Shown: positions 19,799 through 29,901, counted from the stretch's first letter. The stretch is 64,000 bases of DNA from Alphaproteobacteria bacterium (GCA_965232515.1 CBDDPY010000002.1:7268417-7332416); one strand, 5' to 3'. Made by a program: numbers and translations. Notes: generated from the letters alone by a model not told the origin.

Positions 19799-20686
19799 CT
19801 ACCGGCCTTCCCGCAGGCGCCGCTCGCGCTGATGGAAGAACTGCATCAGCGGGTGGATGTAAGGGGTATCGGTGCGCACATCGATCATGTCGAGGCCCAG
19901 CGAGCGGAAGAAATGCCGCCGCTGCATGGCCGTGGCGCGCCGGCGTTCGGCATAGCGGCGGCGAACGGCGGCGCTGCCGGTGTCGAGCAGCACATCGGCG
20001 CCGGTCTCCAGATCCCGCAAGGTCACCAGGCCGGCATTCGGCAGCTCCCATTCCCGCGGATCGCTGATGCAGATCGGAATGACGTCATGGCGCTGACGCG
20101 CGATCCTGAGCGGTCGCTCGTAGTCTGATGTCAAAAAGTCCGAGATCAGAAAGCTGACCGACCGGCGTTTGCTGACCATGTCGAGATATTCCAGCGCCAG
20201 CCCGGCGTCGGTGCCGGTGTGCTGCGGCTCGAAATAGAGCAGCTCGCGGATCAGCCGCAGCGCGCGGTTCCGCCCTTTGCGCGGCGGCACGAATTTCTCG
20301 ATCCGATCGGTGAACAGGATCAGCCCGACCTTGTCGTTATTGGCGATCGCGCTGAGCGCCAGCAGCGCGCAGAGTTCGACGGCGACCTCATTCTTCGCCC
20401 GCTCTGCGCTGCCGAACCGCCCGGATGCGCTGAGATCGACCAGCAGCATGACGGTCAGCTCGCGTTCCTCGACATGCTTCTTCACGAACGGCTGGCCCAG
20501 GCGCGCGGTCACGTTCCAGTCGATCGTGCGCACGTCGTCGCCGGGGCTGTACTCGCGGACCTCGGCGAATTCGATGCCGCGGCCCTTGAAGACGCTGTGG
20601 TACTCGCCGGCGAACATCCCGTCGACCAGGCGGCGCGTGCGGATATGGATCTGGCGGACCTGCTTGAAGACATCTGCCGGAAGCAT
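19799..20686 (-). CDS. DUF58 family protein (MxaS-like)
   Basis: GEYHSVFKGRGIEFAEVREY.PGDDVRTIDWNVTAR, EERE, ISDF. Confidence 0.92.
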   Translation of the reverse strand: MLPADVFKQVRQIHIRTRRLVDGMFAGEYHSVFKGRGIEFAEVREYSPGDDVRTIDWNVTARLGQPFVKKHVEERELTVMLLVDLSASGRFGSAERAKNEVAVELCALLALSAIANNDKVGLILFTDRIEKFVPPRKGRNRALRLIRELLYFEPQHTGTDAGLALEYLDMVSKRRSVSFLISDFLTSDYERPLRIARQRHDVIPICISDPREWELPNAGLVTLRDLETGADVLLDTGSAAVRRRYAERRRATAMQRRHFFRSLGLDMIDVRTDTPYIHPLMQFFHQRERRLREGR

Positions 20687-20704
20687 GGCCGGGCGCGCCT
20701 CCGG

Positions 20705-21718
20705 CTAGGGCACGGGCAGGCCGTCGAAGATCTGCTGCAGAAGATCTTCGGCCGTCATGTCGGCCGCCTCCGCCTCGTAGGTAATCAGCACGCGGTGACG
20801 CAGCACGTCCATGCCGATCGACTTCACATCCTGCGGCGTGACGTAGCCGCGCCCGCAAATGAAGGCATGCGCCTTCGCCGCCAGCGCCAGATAGATCGAC
20901 GCCCGGGGCGAAGCGCCGAAATCGACATAGGCGCCGATGTCGAGGCCGTGCGCCGCCGGTTCGCGCGTCGCATGCACGACATCGACAATGTAGTTCTTGA
21001 TCTTGTCGTCGAGATAGATGCTGTCGACGGTTTGCCGCGCCGCCAGGATATCGGCCGTCGTCGTGACCGGGTCGGCCTTTTCCTGCGGCTGCGTCGTCGC
21101 CATGCGTTCCAGGATCTGCAATTCCTCGTCGCGGCTCGGATAAGAGATCTTCAGCTTCAGCATGAAGCGGTCGAGTTGGGCTTCGGGCAGCGGATAGGTG
21201 CCCTCGTGTTCCAGCGGGTTCTGCGTCGCCAGCACCAGGAAGGGGTGCGGCAGCGGGAAGCTCTCCTCGCCGATCGTCACCTGACCTTCCTGCATGGCTT
21301 CCAGCAGCGCGCTCTGCACTTTCGCGGGCGCCCGGTTGATCTCGTCGGCCAGCACGATGTTGGCGAAAATCGGTCCCTTCCGGACGCGGAACTCGCCCGA
21401 CTGCGGCTGATAGATCAGCGTGCCGATCAGGTCGGCCGGCAGCAGGTCGGGGGTGAACTGCACGCGCTGGAAATCGGCTTGCAGCGCTTCCGACATTGCC
21501 GTCACGGCACGCGTCTTGGCCAGGCCCGGCACGCCCTCCAGCAGCACGTGGCCGTTCGCCAGCAGGCCGACCAGCAGGCGCTCCAGCAGGTAGTGCTGGC
21601 CGATGATGACCCGGCCCATCGCCGCCATCATGTCCTCGACGAACCGGCTTTGCCGTTCGACCTCCGCGTCGATCTCCTGCACGTCGCGCGGCGTCAACGG
21701 AAGTATCTCGCGCAACAA
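20705..21718 (-). CDS. moxR: MoxR family AAA+ ATPase (start uncertain)
   Basis: GHVLLEGVPGLAKT, RVQFTPDLLPAD, LADEINRAPAKVQSALLEAMQE, ATQNP, YPLPEAQLDRF, GASPRA. Confidence 0.95.
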   Translation of the reverse strand: MLREILPLTPRDVQEIDAEVERQSRFVEDMMAAMGRVIIGQHYLLERLLVGLLANGHVLLEGVPGLAKTRAVTAMSEALQADFQRVQFTPDLLPADLIGTLIYQPQSGEFRVRKGPIFANIVLADEINRAPAKVQSALLEAMQEGQVTIGEESFPLPHPFLVLATQNPLEHEGTYPLPEAQLDRFMLKLKISYPSRDEELQILERMATTQPQEKADPVTTTADILAARQTVDSIYLDDKIKNYIVDVVHATREPAAHGLDIGAYVDFGASPRASIYLALAAKAHAFICGRGYVTPQDVKSIGMDVLRHRVLITYEAEAADMTAEDLLQQIFDGLPVP

Positions 21719-22089
21719 ACCGGCGACGGCTGACGGAGGCCTGTTGTGTCCAGGGTCAACACGTGCCGGTCGTCAAAAACTGTGGTTGCGCATGCGACAG
21801 CCGCCATCGGGAGATAAAGACCGGCCGAACGCCGATACATGGCCTGTCCATGATGTGCGTCAATTTTGACACGACGCTGGGCCGCAGACCACCACCTTGC
21901 AATGGAACCGGATGCCGGAGTCATTCGCTTTAGCGTCCCCAAGTAGCCGATGTGAGCGTTGCGAAAAAGTGGCCGTTTTGTGGCAGCGCTCACACCTGGC
22001 CCGCCGGATTGATCCCACATTATGACAAGCGGCCCGAGTGTATTGGTCGGGTTGGCGGACTTTGAAACGGCAAATGAGGGCAATTCGAT

Positions 22090-22926
22090 ATGATTGACCG
22101 ACTACGTCACCCGGATGAGGGCAAGTATTTCAAGCTGGCGGTCGTCGCCACGACACCGCTGCTGCTGATCGGTCTGGTGCTCGTCGCGGCGAGCATGGGC
22201 GGCCTGCTTCTGGCGGTCGCGCTGGTGCTGCCCATGTTGTGGCTGTCCATCAAGATGCTGGAGGCGCACTTCAAGGCCAATCTCGTCAAGGTCTCCGACC
22301 TGAACTTCCCCGAGGTCAAGGCGATCATCGACGAGGCGCGCGAGAAGTTGGACTATGAGCCCGACGTCGACGCTTATGTCAGGAGCGGCGACGCCAACAT
22401 GTTCCTTTACAAGTTCTTCCGGACCAAGATGCTTGTCATCAACTCCGAGTTCATCGATGCGGCATCGCGCGACGAGCTGGTCTGGCTGGTCGGCCGCTTC
22501 ATCGGCTCGTTGAAGGCCAAGCACGACCGGTTGACAGTGCTGTCGGCCTTGATCGGGATCTCCGAGAAGCTGGGCTTCCTGAACCTACTGCTGTATCCGT
22601 ACGAGCGGACCGTGGTTCATAGCGCCGACCAGATGGGCCTGTATCTGAGTGGCGATGTGAAAGCCGCGCTGACGGCGCTTAACCGCATGATCGTGGGCAA
22701 GGACCTGCACCGGCATGTCACGATCGAGGGTCTGCTGATGCAGAAGCGCGAGATCGACGGCCAGTTTCTGCCGAGCCTCGTGCGGCTGTTCTCGACGCAT
22801 CCGCACATGGTCGATCGGCATGCCAACATGCTGCGGTTTGCCGCCGAGCATATGCCGGAGGCGCGCGCCGCCTACGATGCCGGCGTTACGACGAAACCGA
22901 AGCTGGTGTTCAAGGCCGCGGCCTGA
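22090..22926 (+). CDS. M48/HtpX-like membrane protein lacking zinc ligands
   Basis: Two N-terminal TM helices, FPEV, ANMF, C-terminal STHP; HExxH position reads RFIGS. Confidence 0.7.
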   Translation: MIDRLRHPDEGKYFKLAVVATTPLLLIGLVLVAASMGGLLLAVALVLPMLWLSIKMLEAHFKANLVKVSDLNFPEVKAIIDEAREKLDYEPDVDAYVRSGDANMFLYKFFRTKMLVINSEFIDAASRDELVWLVGRFIGSLKAKHDRLTVLSALIGISEKLGFLNLLLYPYERTVVHSADQMGLYLSGDVKAALTALNRMIVGKDLHRHVTIEGLLMQKREIDGQFLPSLVRLFSTHPHMVDRHANMLRFAAEHMPEARAAYDAGVTTKPKLVFKAAA

Positions 22927-22948
22927 TCCCAGCGCGCTTTCCCGCCTT

Positions 22949-22984
22949 GATGCCGGACGGTCCGCCGTCCGGCATCGCCTGTTT
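22949..22984 (+). terminator. Probable intrinsic terminator
   Basis: Perfect 12-bp stem GATGCCGGACGG-tccg-CCGTCCGGCATC followed by GCCTGTTT. Confidence 0.6.
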
Positions 22985-23055
22985 GCCCGACCGCTCTATC
23001 AGGATATCGTAATATCAGAGGGTTCGCGGCGTCGCCGCGGGGGCAGTGGGGAACA

Positions 23056-25101
23056 ATGGCGCAGCGGATTGGGGTCGATGTCGGCGGCACGTTCACCGAC
23101 GTCGTGCGGCTGGATCTCGACACAGGCGCGCTCGCTTCGGCCAAGGTCGCGACGGACTATGGCGACGCCATCAACGGCATCCTCGCGGGCAAGGCGCTGG
23201 TCGACGACGGCGCGGTGTGCGAGGCGCTGCACCACGCGACCACGCTCGCGACCAACGCGCTCCTGCAGAACAAGCTGCCCAAGGCCGCGCTGCTGACCAC
23301 GGCGGGCTTCCGCGACGTGCTGGATATCGGCCGCATCCAGCGTCCGGCCGAGGGGATCTACGACTTCAACATCGATACGCCGCAGCCGCTGGTGCCGCGC
23401 GCCCTGCGGCTGGAGGTTGCCGAGCGGATCGGCGCCGGCGGCGAGGTCGTGGCGCCGCTCGACGAGGCGGACCTGCGCAAGACCCTGCACGCGCTGCGGG
23501 CCGAGGCGGTCGAGGCCATCGCGGTCTGCGGCCTGTTCGCCTTCGTCAATCCGGCGCATGAGCAACGCATCGCCGAGATCGTCGCCGAGGACCTGCCCGG
23601 AGTCGCCGTATCGCTGTCGTCCATCGTTTCGCCCGAGATCCGCGAGTTCGAGCGCAGCTCGACCACGGTGATCGACGCCGTGCTGAAACCGCTGGTGTCG
23701 CCGTATCTCGCCGAGTTGCGGGACCGGGCGGCCACGGCCGGCGTCGGCAGCGTGCGCATCATGATGGCGTCAGGCGGCCTGACCTCGCCGGATCTCGCGG
23801 CCGGCAAGCCGGTCGCGGTGGTCAATTCCGGCCCGTCCGCCGGCGTGCTGGCGGCCGCCAATCTGGGCCGCGCCATCGGCCGCGACGCGTCGATCACCAT
23901 CGACATGGGCGGCACCAGCCTCGACATCGGCGTGGTCGAGCGCGGCCGGCCGGTGCAGCGCTACGAAGGCAAGATCGCCGGCTATCCCATGCGCATGCCG
24001 ATGATCGACGTGGCCGCGGTCGCCGCCGGCGGTGGGTCCATCGCCCAGGTCGACGATGTCGGCTATGTACAGGTCGCCCGCGAGTCGGCCGGCTCGGAGC
24101 CGGGACCGGCCTGCTACGGCCGCAGCGGTACGCGCCCGACCATCACCGATGCCGATGTCGTGCTCGGCCGGTTGGGCACCAGCCTCGGCGGCACCGGCGG
24201 CTTCGATCTGCAGCCGGATCGCGCCCGCCAGGCGCTGCAGACCGAGATCGCCGATCCGCTCGGTATCGATGCCGAAGAGGCGGCGACGGCCGTGCTCAGC
24301 ATCATTCAGGCCCGCATGGTCAAGGCCGTCGCCGCCAACACGCTGGAGAAGGGGCTCGACGTGCGCGGGCTGCCGCTTGTCGTCTACGGCGGCGCCGGCC
24401 CGACCCACGGCGTCGAGCTGGCCGACGCCATGGGCATGGGGCAAGCGGTCATCCCCTATCTCGCCGGCAGCTTCTCGGCCATCGGCCTGGTGCTGTGCCC
24501 GCTGCGCTGGGACGTCTCGCGCATGCTGCTGCGGCCAACCGACGCGGTCGCGGGGTCGGATCTCGCCGGCATGTTGCGGGAGATGAACGACGAGGCGCGC
24601 GCCAAGCTGGCGGCCACGGGCGCCGACATCGCCACGTTGTCGACGCACTGGCTGGCGCACATGCGTTACGCGGGGCAGTCCTACGATCTGGCGGTCGATC
24701 TCGGACAACTGTTCGATGGCGATCTTGCTGAGAATATAATCAATGAGTTAATTGATTTATTTCATGTATTACATGAGAGGTTCTATGCATACCGCAGCGA
24801 GGACGAGGTGGTGGAGATTGTCCAGCTCCGTCTGTCGGTGATCGGGCCGGAGACCGACTTTCCGCGGCCCGGGCGGCTGCCCGAGGAACCGCCTGCGTCC
24901 CTCGGCGAGCGCCGTGTATACTTCACGCAATCCGGCGGCTGGCGGGACGCGACGCTGTGGCATCGCCCCGACCTGCCGCCGGGCCACCGGATTCCCGGAC
25001 CGGCGGTGGTCGAGGGCGAGGGCAGTGCCTGCCTCGTGCCGCCGGGCTGGCGGGCCGAGGTGGACGACTGGCTGAACCTAGTGGTGGCGCGAGAGGACTG
25101 A
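23056..25101 (+). CDS. Hydantoinase/oxoprolinase family, ATP-binding A subunit (copy 1)
   Basis: [52 protein letters not shown]. Confidence 0.93.
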   Translation: MAQRIGVDVGGTFTDVVRLDLDTGALASAKVATDYGDAINGILAGKALVDDGAVCEALHHATTLATNALLQNKLPKAALLTTAGFRDVLDIGRIQRPAEGIYDFNIDTPQPLVPRALRLEVAERIGAGGEVVAPLDEADLRKTLHALRAEAVEAIAVCGLFAFVNPAHEQRIAEIVAEDLPGVAVSLSSIVSPEIREFERSSTTVIDAVLKPLVSPYLAELRDRAATAGVGSVRIMMASGGLTSPDLAAGKPVAVVNSGPSAGVLAAANLGRAIGRDASITIDMGGTSLDIGVVERGRPVQRYEGKIAGYPMRMPMIDVAAVAAGGGSIAQVDDVGYVQVARESAGSEPGPACYGRSGTRPTITDADVVLGRLGTSLGGTGGFDLQPDRARQALQTEIADPLGIDAEEAATAVLSIIQARMVKAVAANTLEKGLDVRGLPLVVYGGAGPTHGVELADAMGMGQAVIPYLAGSFSAIGLVLCPLRWDVSRMLLRPTDAVAGSDLAGMLREMNDEARAKLAATGADIATLSTHWLAHMRYAGQSYDLAVDLGQLFDGDLAENIINELIDLFHVLHERFYAYRSEDEVVEIVQLRLSVIGPETDFPRPGRLPEEPPASLGERRVYFTQSGGWRDATLWHRPDLPPGHRIPGPAVVEGEGSACLVPPGWRAEVDDWLNLVVARED

Positions 25102-25111
25102 GGCGACGACG

Positions 25112-26836
25112 ATGACCGAACCGACCGGCGACCTGCGGGCGAAGGTGCAGAGCCAGGTGATCCGCTACGCGCTCGAGCTGGTGGCCGAGGACATGGCGGC
25201 GACGCTCATGCGCACGGCGCGCTCGACCGTCATCAAGGAAGTCCAGGACCTGTCCTGCGCACTGTTCGACCGTGACGGCCGGGTCATCGTGCAGTCCAGC
25301 CACGCGCCCATGCTGCTGGCCGGCTCGACGCTGACCATGAACGAGGCGCTGAAGGTGCTCGCCGACCGGCCGTTGCAGGACGGCGACGTGATCATCGCCA
25401 ACGATCCCTTCCGCGGCGGCCAGCACCTGATGGACGTGATGATGATCGCGCCGGTCTACGAGGCCGGCGATCTCGTCGGCTATGTCGGCTCGGTGGCGCA
25501 CCATTCCGATCTCGGCGGGGCCTCGCCGGGCGGTGTCGCCGGCGGCCTGCGCGACATCTTTTCCGAAGGCCTGTGCTTTCCCTTCGTGCGGCTTTACATC
25601 GCCGGGCAGGAAAACCCCGATCTGTTCGCCATGATCGAGACCAATATCCGGGCGCCGCACAAGACGCTGGGCGACTTGCGGGCCCAGGCCTCGGCCTGCC
25701 TCACCGGCATCCGGCGCTATCGCGAGGTCATCGACCGCTTCGGCCTCTCAACGATCCGGCAGGCCGCCGAAATGCTGATCGCCGAAACCGAGGCTCGGCT
25801 GCGCAAGGGCGTCGAACGCCTGCCCGATGGCACATTCGTCGGCGAGGACGTGGTCGACGACGACGGCGTCAGCGATGCACCGATCCCGATCCGGGTCGAA
25901 GTCACCAAGTCGGGCGGGCGGGTGACGGTCGACCTGACGGCATGCGGCGATCAGGTGCAGGGCAACGTCAACTGTCCGCTGGCGACGACGCTGGCGGCGG
26001 TGCAGTACGGCTTCGTCGTCGCGCTCGACCGCCATGTCTGTCCCAACCAGGGCTGCTTCAACATCATCGAGATCGAGACCCGCAAGGGCTCGGTGGTCGA
26101 TCCGCTGCGGCCGGCGGCGACGGCGGCGCGGACCAACGTTTCGTTGAAGGTGCAGGAGGCGACGCTGATGGCGCTGGCGCAGATGCTGCCGGGCGAGATC
26201 ATGGCGCCGAGCCACGCCCAGATCAGCCATGTCGCCTTTGTCGGCGACGATCCCGCGAGTGGCCGCACATTCGTCTACAACGACATCTTCGGCGGCGGCG
26301 CCGGCGCCCGGCCCAGCAAGGACGGCCGCGACGCCCAGGACACCCATCTCGCGCGCTTCATGAACACGCCGACCGAGATGATCGAGCATGAATATCCCGT
26401 GCGCTGCCACCAGTACACGCTGGTGCCGGATTCCGGCGGCGCCGGCCAGACCCGAGGCGCGCTCGGCGTCATGCGCGACGTCGAGGTGTTGATCGACAAG
26501 GCGCTGTTCTCGCGCTATGGCGACCGCCAGAAGTTCCCGGTCAAGGGCGCCGACGGCGGCGGCGAGGGCCGGCCCGGTCGTTTCGTGCTGAACCCGGACG
26601 GCGAGGCCCGGCCGTTAAAATCCAAAGGCGTCGACGAACTGCGGCGGGGTGATATCGTGCGCATCGTCACGCCGGGCGGCGGTGGCTACGGCCCGCCGGC
26701 GAAACGTCCGGTGGCGGCGGTCGCCGACGATCTTCACAACGGCAAGATCAGTGAGGATCATGTCCGCGACGCCTATGGCGCCGAGATGTTGGGTCGCGTG
26801 CGCGCTTACCTGGCGGGTGGCGTCGCCGCGGAGTGA
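25112..26836 (+). CDS. Hydantoinase B/oxoprolinase family subunit (copy 1)
   Basis: EVQDLSCA, NDPFRGGQHLMD, AHHSDLGG, DSGGAG, TPGGGGYG. Confidence 0.93.
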   Translation: MTEPTGDLRAKVQSQVIRYALELVAEDMAATLMRTARSTVIKEVQDLSCALFDRDGRVIVQSSHAPMLLAGSTLTMNEALKVLADRPLQDGDVIIANDPFRGGQHLMDVMMIAPVYEAGDLVGYVGSVAHHSDLGGASPGGVAGGLRDIFSEGLCFPFVRLYIAGQENPDLFAMIETNIRAPHKTLGDLRAQASACLTGIRRYREVIDRFGLSTIRQAAEMLIAETEARLRKGVERLPDGTFVGEDVVDDDGVSDAPIPIRVEVTKSGGRVTVDLTACGDQVQGNVNCPLATTLAAVQYGFVVALDRHVCPNQGCFNIIEIETRKGSVVDPLRPAATAARTNVSLKVQEATLMALAQMLPGEIMAPSHAQISHVAFVGDDPASGRTFVYNDIFGGGAGARPSKDGRDAQDTHLARFMNTPTEMIEHEYPVRCHQYTLVPDSGGAGQTRGALGVMRDVEVLIDKALFSRYGDRQKFPVKGADGGGEGRPGRFVLNPDGEARPLKSKGVDELRRGDIVRIVTPGGGGYGPPAKRPVAAVADDLHNGKISEDHVRDAYGAEMLGRVRAYLAGGVAAE

Positions 26837-26918
26837 CCGGCAACCGGGTTTAAGTTCAATCGTTTCATAAACGGCCGGCTGCAACGCCGGCTACCGTCAG
26901 CAAAATGGGGAGTGTGAC

Positions 26919-27932
26919 ATGACTGCGAGACCAACGATCATCAGGCGCAAGCTGGCCGCGGCGACGGCGGGCGCGGCGCTGTTGCTGACCGGCATTTGCG
27001 GTGCCGGCGCCGCCATGGCCGAGGACACGGTGCGCGCCGTCGCGGCGTTTCCGAAATCCGTGCTCTTCACCCAGAGCTTCCTGCGCTATGTCGAGAAGGT
27101 GAATGCCGGCGGCAAGGGCATCGTGCAGATACAGTATGTCGGCGGGCCCGAGGTCATCAAAGGCCTCGACCAGGGCGAGGCCGTGCGGCGTGGCACGATC
27201 GACATGGCCTATGTGCCTGGCAGCTACTATCCCGGCATCGTGCCCGAGACCGACGCGCTGGTCGGCTCCAACATCACGCCGATGGAGCAGCGGGCGAACG
27301 GCGGCATCGATCTGTTCAACAAGGTGCATCAGGAAAAGCTGAACGCCTACTATCTCGGCCATATCGACGGTGGCGTGGTGTTCCACATCTACACCATCGA
27401 CAAGCCGAAGATGTCGGGCGGCAAGCTCGACTTGAGCGGCGTCAAGCTGCGCGGCGCGCCGATCTATCGCGAATTCTTCACCGACTACCTCGGCGCCACC
27501 TACGTGCAGGTTCGCGTGCCGGAAGTCTACACGGCGCTGGAGCGCGGCACCGTGGATGGGCTCGGCTGGCCGATCGTCGCGCTGATGGACCTGAAATGGG
27601 ATCAGCACGTGAAGTACCGGATCGATCCCGGCTTCTTCCAGACCGACCTCAGCGTCATCGTCAATCTCGACAAGTGGAACAGCCTCAGCCAGGCGTCGCG
27701 GGACTACCTGCAGAAGGCGACGATCGAATTCGAGAAGGAGAGCTACGAGTTCTTCCAGGACCTGCAGAAGAAAGACGCCGCCGAAATGGTCAAGCGCGGC
27801 ATGCAGGTCATCAAGCTGGACGACGCGACCGGCGCCGCGTTCCGCAAGGCGGCCGCCGACGTCGCCTGGGCGCGGCTGAAAGAACGCGACCCCACCAACT
27901 ACGAGGCCATGCGGGCGAAGTTCTACAAGTAA
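26919..27932 (+). CDS. dctP: TRAP transporter substrate-binding protein
   Basis: Signal peptide, YVGGPE, DLSGVKLR, EVYTALERGTVDG. Confidence 0.88.
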   Translation: MTARPTIIRRKLAAATAGAALLLTGICGAGAAMAEDTVRAVAAFPKSVLFTQSFLRYVEKVNAGGKGIVQIQYVGGPEVIKGLDQGEAVRRGTIDMAYVPGSYYPGIVPETDALVGSNITPMEQRANGGIDLFNKVHQEKLNAYYLGHIDGGVVFHIYTIDKPKMSGGKLDLSGVKLRGAPIYREFFTDYLGATYVQVRVPEVYTALERGTVDGLGWPIVALMDLKWDQHVKYRIDPGFFQTDLSVIVNLDKWNSLSQASRDYLQKATIEFEKESYEFFQDLQKKDAAEMVKRGMQVIKLDDATGAAFRKAAADVAWARLKERDPTNYEAMRAKFYK

Positions 27933-28029
27933 GCCTGACCTTGTCGCTGAAAGCCGGTTCCGGCCCGGCGTCCACCAGCACGCGGTGTGCGGTGGACGTC
28001 GAGCCGGACGGCCGACCGAGTATCTGACA

Positions 28030-28536
28030 TTGAAGACCTTTGCCGCCCTCTATGTCGGGCTTTTGCGTACGTTGGCGCTGCTCGCGGGCGTGATGATGGC
28101 CGCAACGGCGGTGATGATCGTGTTCGACGTGACGGCGCGCAATCTCGGCTTCCAGCCGCCGCCACACACGTTGACGCTTACCGAATATGCGTTGCTTTAC
28201 ACCACGCTGCTGGGTGCGCCCTGGCTGGTGCGGATCCGCGGGCATGTCTACATCGAGATGGTGACCGCCGCGGTCAGCCCGGGTGTCCGCGCCGTCATGA
28301 GCCGCATCGTCAGCGCCGGCTGCGTCATCGTCTGCCTGGTGATGACCTGGTATGCCTTCGAGGTGACGCTGAGCGACTTCCAGCGCGGCACTGACGATAT
28401 CCGGTCGTTCGATATGCCGCGCTGGCTGCTGCTGGCGGCGATACCGATTGGCTTCGGCCTGATGGCGATCGAGTTCGGTCGTTTCCTGATCGGCCGCGAA
28501 CTCATGCATACCGGCGAAGCCGGTATTCACGAATAG
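28030..28536 (+). CDS. dctQ: TRAP transporter small permease
   Basis: Four TM helices, EYALLY..LLGAPW...GHV. Confidence 0.82.
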   Translation: MKTFAALYVGLLRTLALLAGVMMAATAVMIVFDVTARNLGFQPPPHTLTLTEYALLYTTLLGAPWLVRIRGHVYIEMVTAAVSPGVRAVMSRIVSAGCVIVCLVMTWYAFEVTLSDFQRGTDDIRSFDMPRWLLLAAIPIGFGLMAIEFGRFLIGRELMHTGEAGIHE

Positions 28537-28548
28537 GCGGGCCACGCG

Positions 28549-29862
28549 GTGCATTGGGTCGAAGCCGGTGGTCTGCTGATCGGCATGGTGCTGTTGCTGA
28601 TGGGCTTCGGCTTCCCCGTCGCCTTCGCCTTCATCGCCGCCAACATCGTCGGCGCCGTGATTTTCATGGGCGGGGCCGTTGGCATCGAGCAGCTCGTCAG
28701 CAACGCGTTCAGCTCGATCACGACCTTCGCGCTGGCGCCCGTGCCGCTGTTCTTGATCATGGGCGAGCTGTTCTTCCACACCGGTCTCGCCGCCCGAATG
28801 TTCGACGCTATCGACAAGCTGCTGGGCCGGCTGCCGGCGCGACTGTCGTTTCTGACCGTGGCGGGCGGCACGGCCTTCGCCACGCTGTCGGGCTCCAGCA
28901 TGGCGTCGACGGCGCTGCTCGGCTCGCTGATGATCCCGGAGATGAGCAAACGCGGCTACAAGACCTCGATGTCGATCGGCCCGATCCTCGGCACCGGCGG
29001 CCTGGCGATGCTGATCCCGCCGTCGGCGCTGGCGGTGCTGCTCGGCACGCTCGCCCGCATCGATATCGGCGCGCTGCTGATCGCCGGCGTGCTGCCGGGA
29101 CTGATCCTGGCGATCATGTATGCGGTGATGATCCTGATCCGGGCGCTGCTCGATCCGACGGCCGCGCCGGCCTACGAGGTCGAGACGCTGCCCTGGAGTC
29201 GCCGCTTGTGGCTGCTGTGTACCGACGTGCTGCCGATGGGCGTGGTCGTGTTCCTGGTTATCGGTCTGATCCTGCTGGGCTGGGCGACGCCGTCCGAGGC
29301 CGCCGCCTTCGGCGCCGTCGGCGTGCTGCTGCTGGCCATGGCCTATCGCAGCCTGACCTGGGACTCGCTGATGAAGTCGATCGAGGGCGCCATGCGGGTA
29401 ACGGTTATGGCCTTCATGATCATTCTCGGCTCGTCCACCTTCAGCCAGCTCCTCGCGTATTCGGGCGCCAGCAGCGGCATGGTCGCCTGGGCCACCGACC
29501 TGGCGCTCGATCCCATCGTCATGCTGCTGGTGATGTTCGCCGTGCTGCTGGTGCTCGGCATGTTCATGGACCAGCTCTCGATGATGCTTCTGACCGTGCC
29601 GATTTTCTTTCCGCTGGCCGAGACCTTCGGCTTCGACCTGATCTGGTTCGGCGTCATCATCCTGCTGGCGCTGGAGATCAGCTTTACGACGCCGCCCTTC
29701 GGCCTGCTGCTGTTCGTGATGAAGGGCGTGGCGCCGCCGGACACCCGCATGACCCAGATCTATGCCGCGGCCCTGCCGTATATCGGTTGCGCCATGCTGC
29801 TGGTCGGATTGTTGATCTGGCAGCCGGAAATTGCCCTGTTTCTGCCGCGGATCGGGCAATGA
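28549..29862 (+). CDS. dctM: TRAP transporter large permease
   Basis: VPLFLIMG, SGSS, LIPPS, TPSEAAA, TPPFG. Confidence 0.9.
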   Translation: MHWVEAGGLLIGMVLLLMGFGFPVAFAFIAANIVGAVIFMGGAVGIEQLVSNAFSSITTFALAPVPLFLIMGELFFHTGLAARMFDAIDKLLGRLPARLSFLTVAGGTAFATLSGSSMASTALLGSLMIPEMSKRGYKTSMSIGPILGTGGLAMLIPPSALAVLLGTLARIDIGALLIAGVLPGLILAIMYAVMILIRALLDPTAAPAYEVETLPWSRRLWLLCTDVLPMGVVVFLVIGLILLGWATPSEAAAFGAVGVLLLAMAYRSLTWDSLMKSIEGAMRVTVMAFMIILGSSTFSQLLAYSGASSGMVAWATDLALDPIVMLLVMFAVLLVLGMFMDQLSMMLLTVPIFFPLAETFGFDLIWFGVIILLALEISFTTPPFGLLLFVMKGVAPPDTRMTQIYAAALPYIGCAMLLVGLLIWQPEIALFLPRIGQ

Positions 29863-29901
29863 GGCTTGGCAAGCGGCGCACTTGAGGTTAGCAAGAGAAC
29901 C

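Noticed and set aside
14562-21718. AAA ATPase + S8 as an IetAS-like defence or toxin-antitoxin pair
   Set aside because: The ATPase is a MoxR with DUF58/VWA partners, five genes away from a secreted S8; this is not the adjacent cytoplasmic pair
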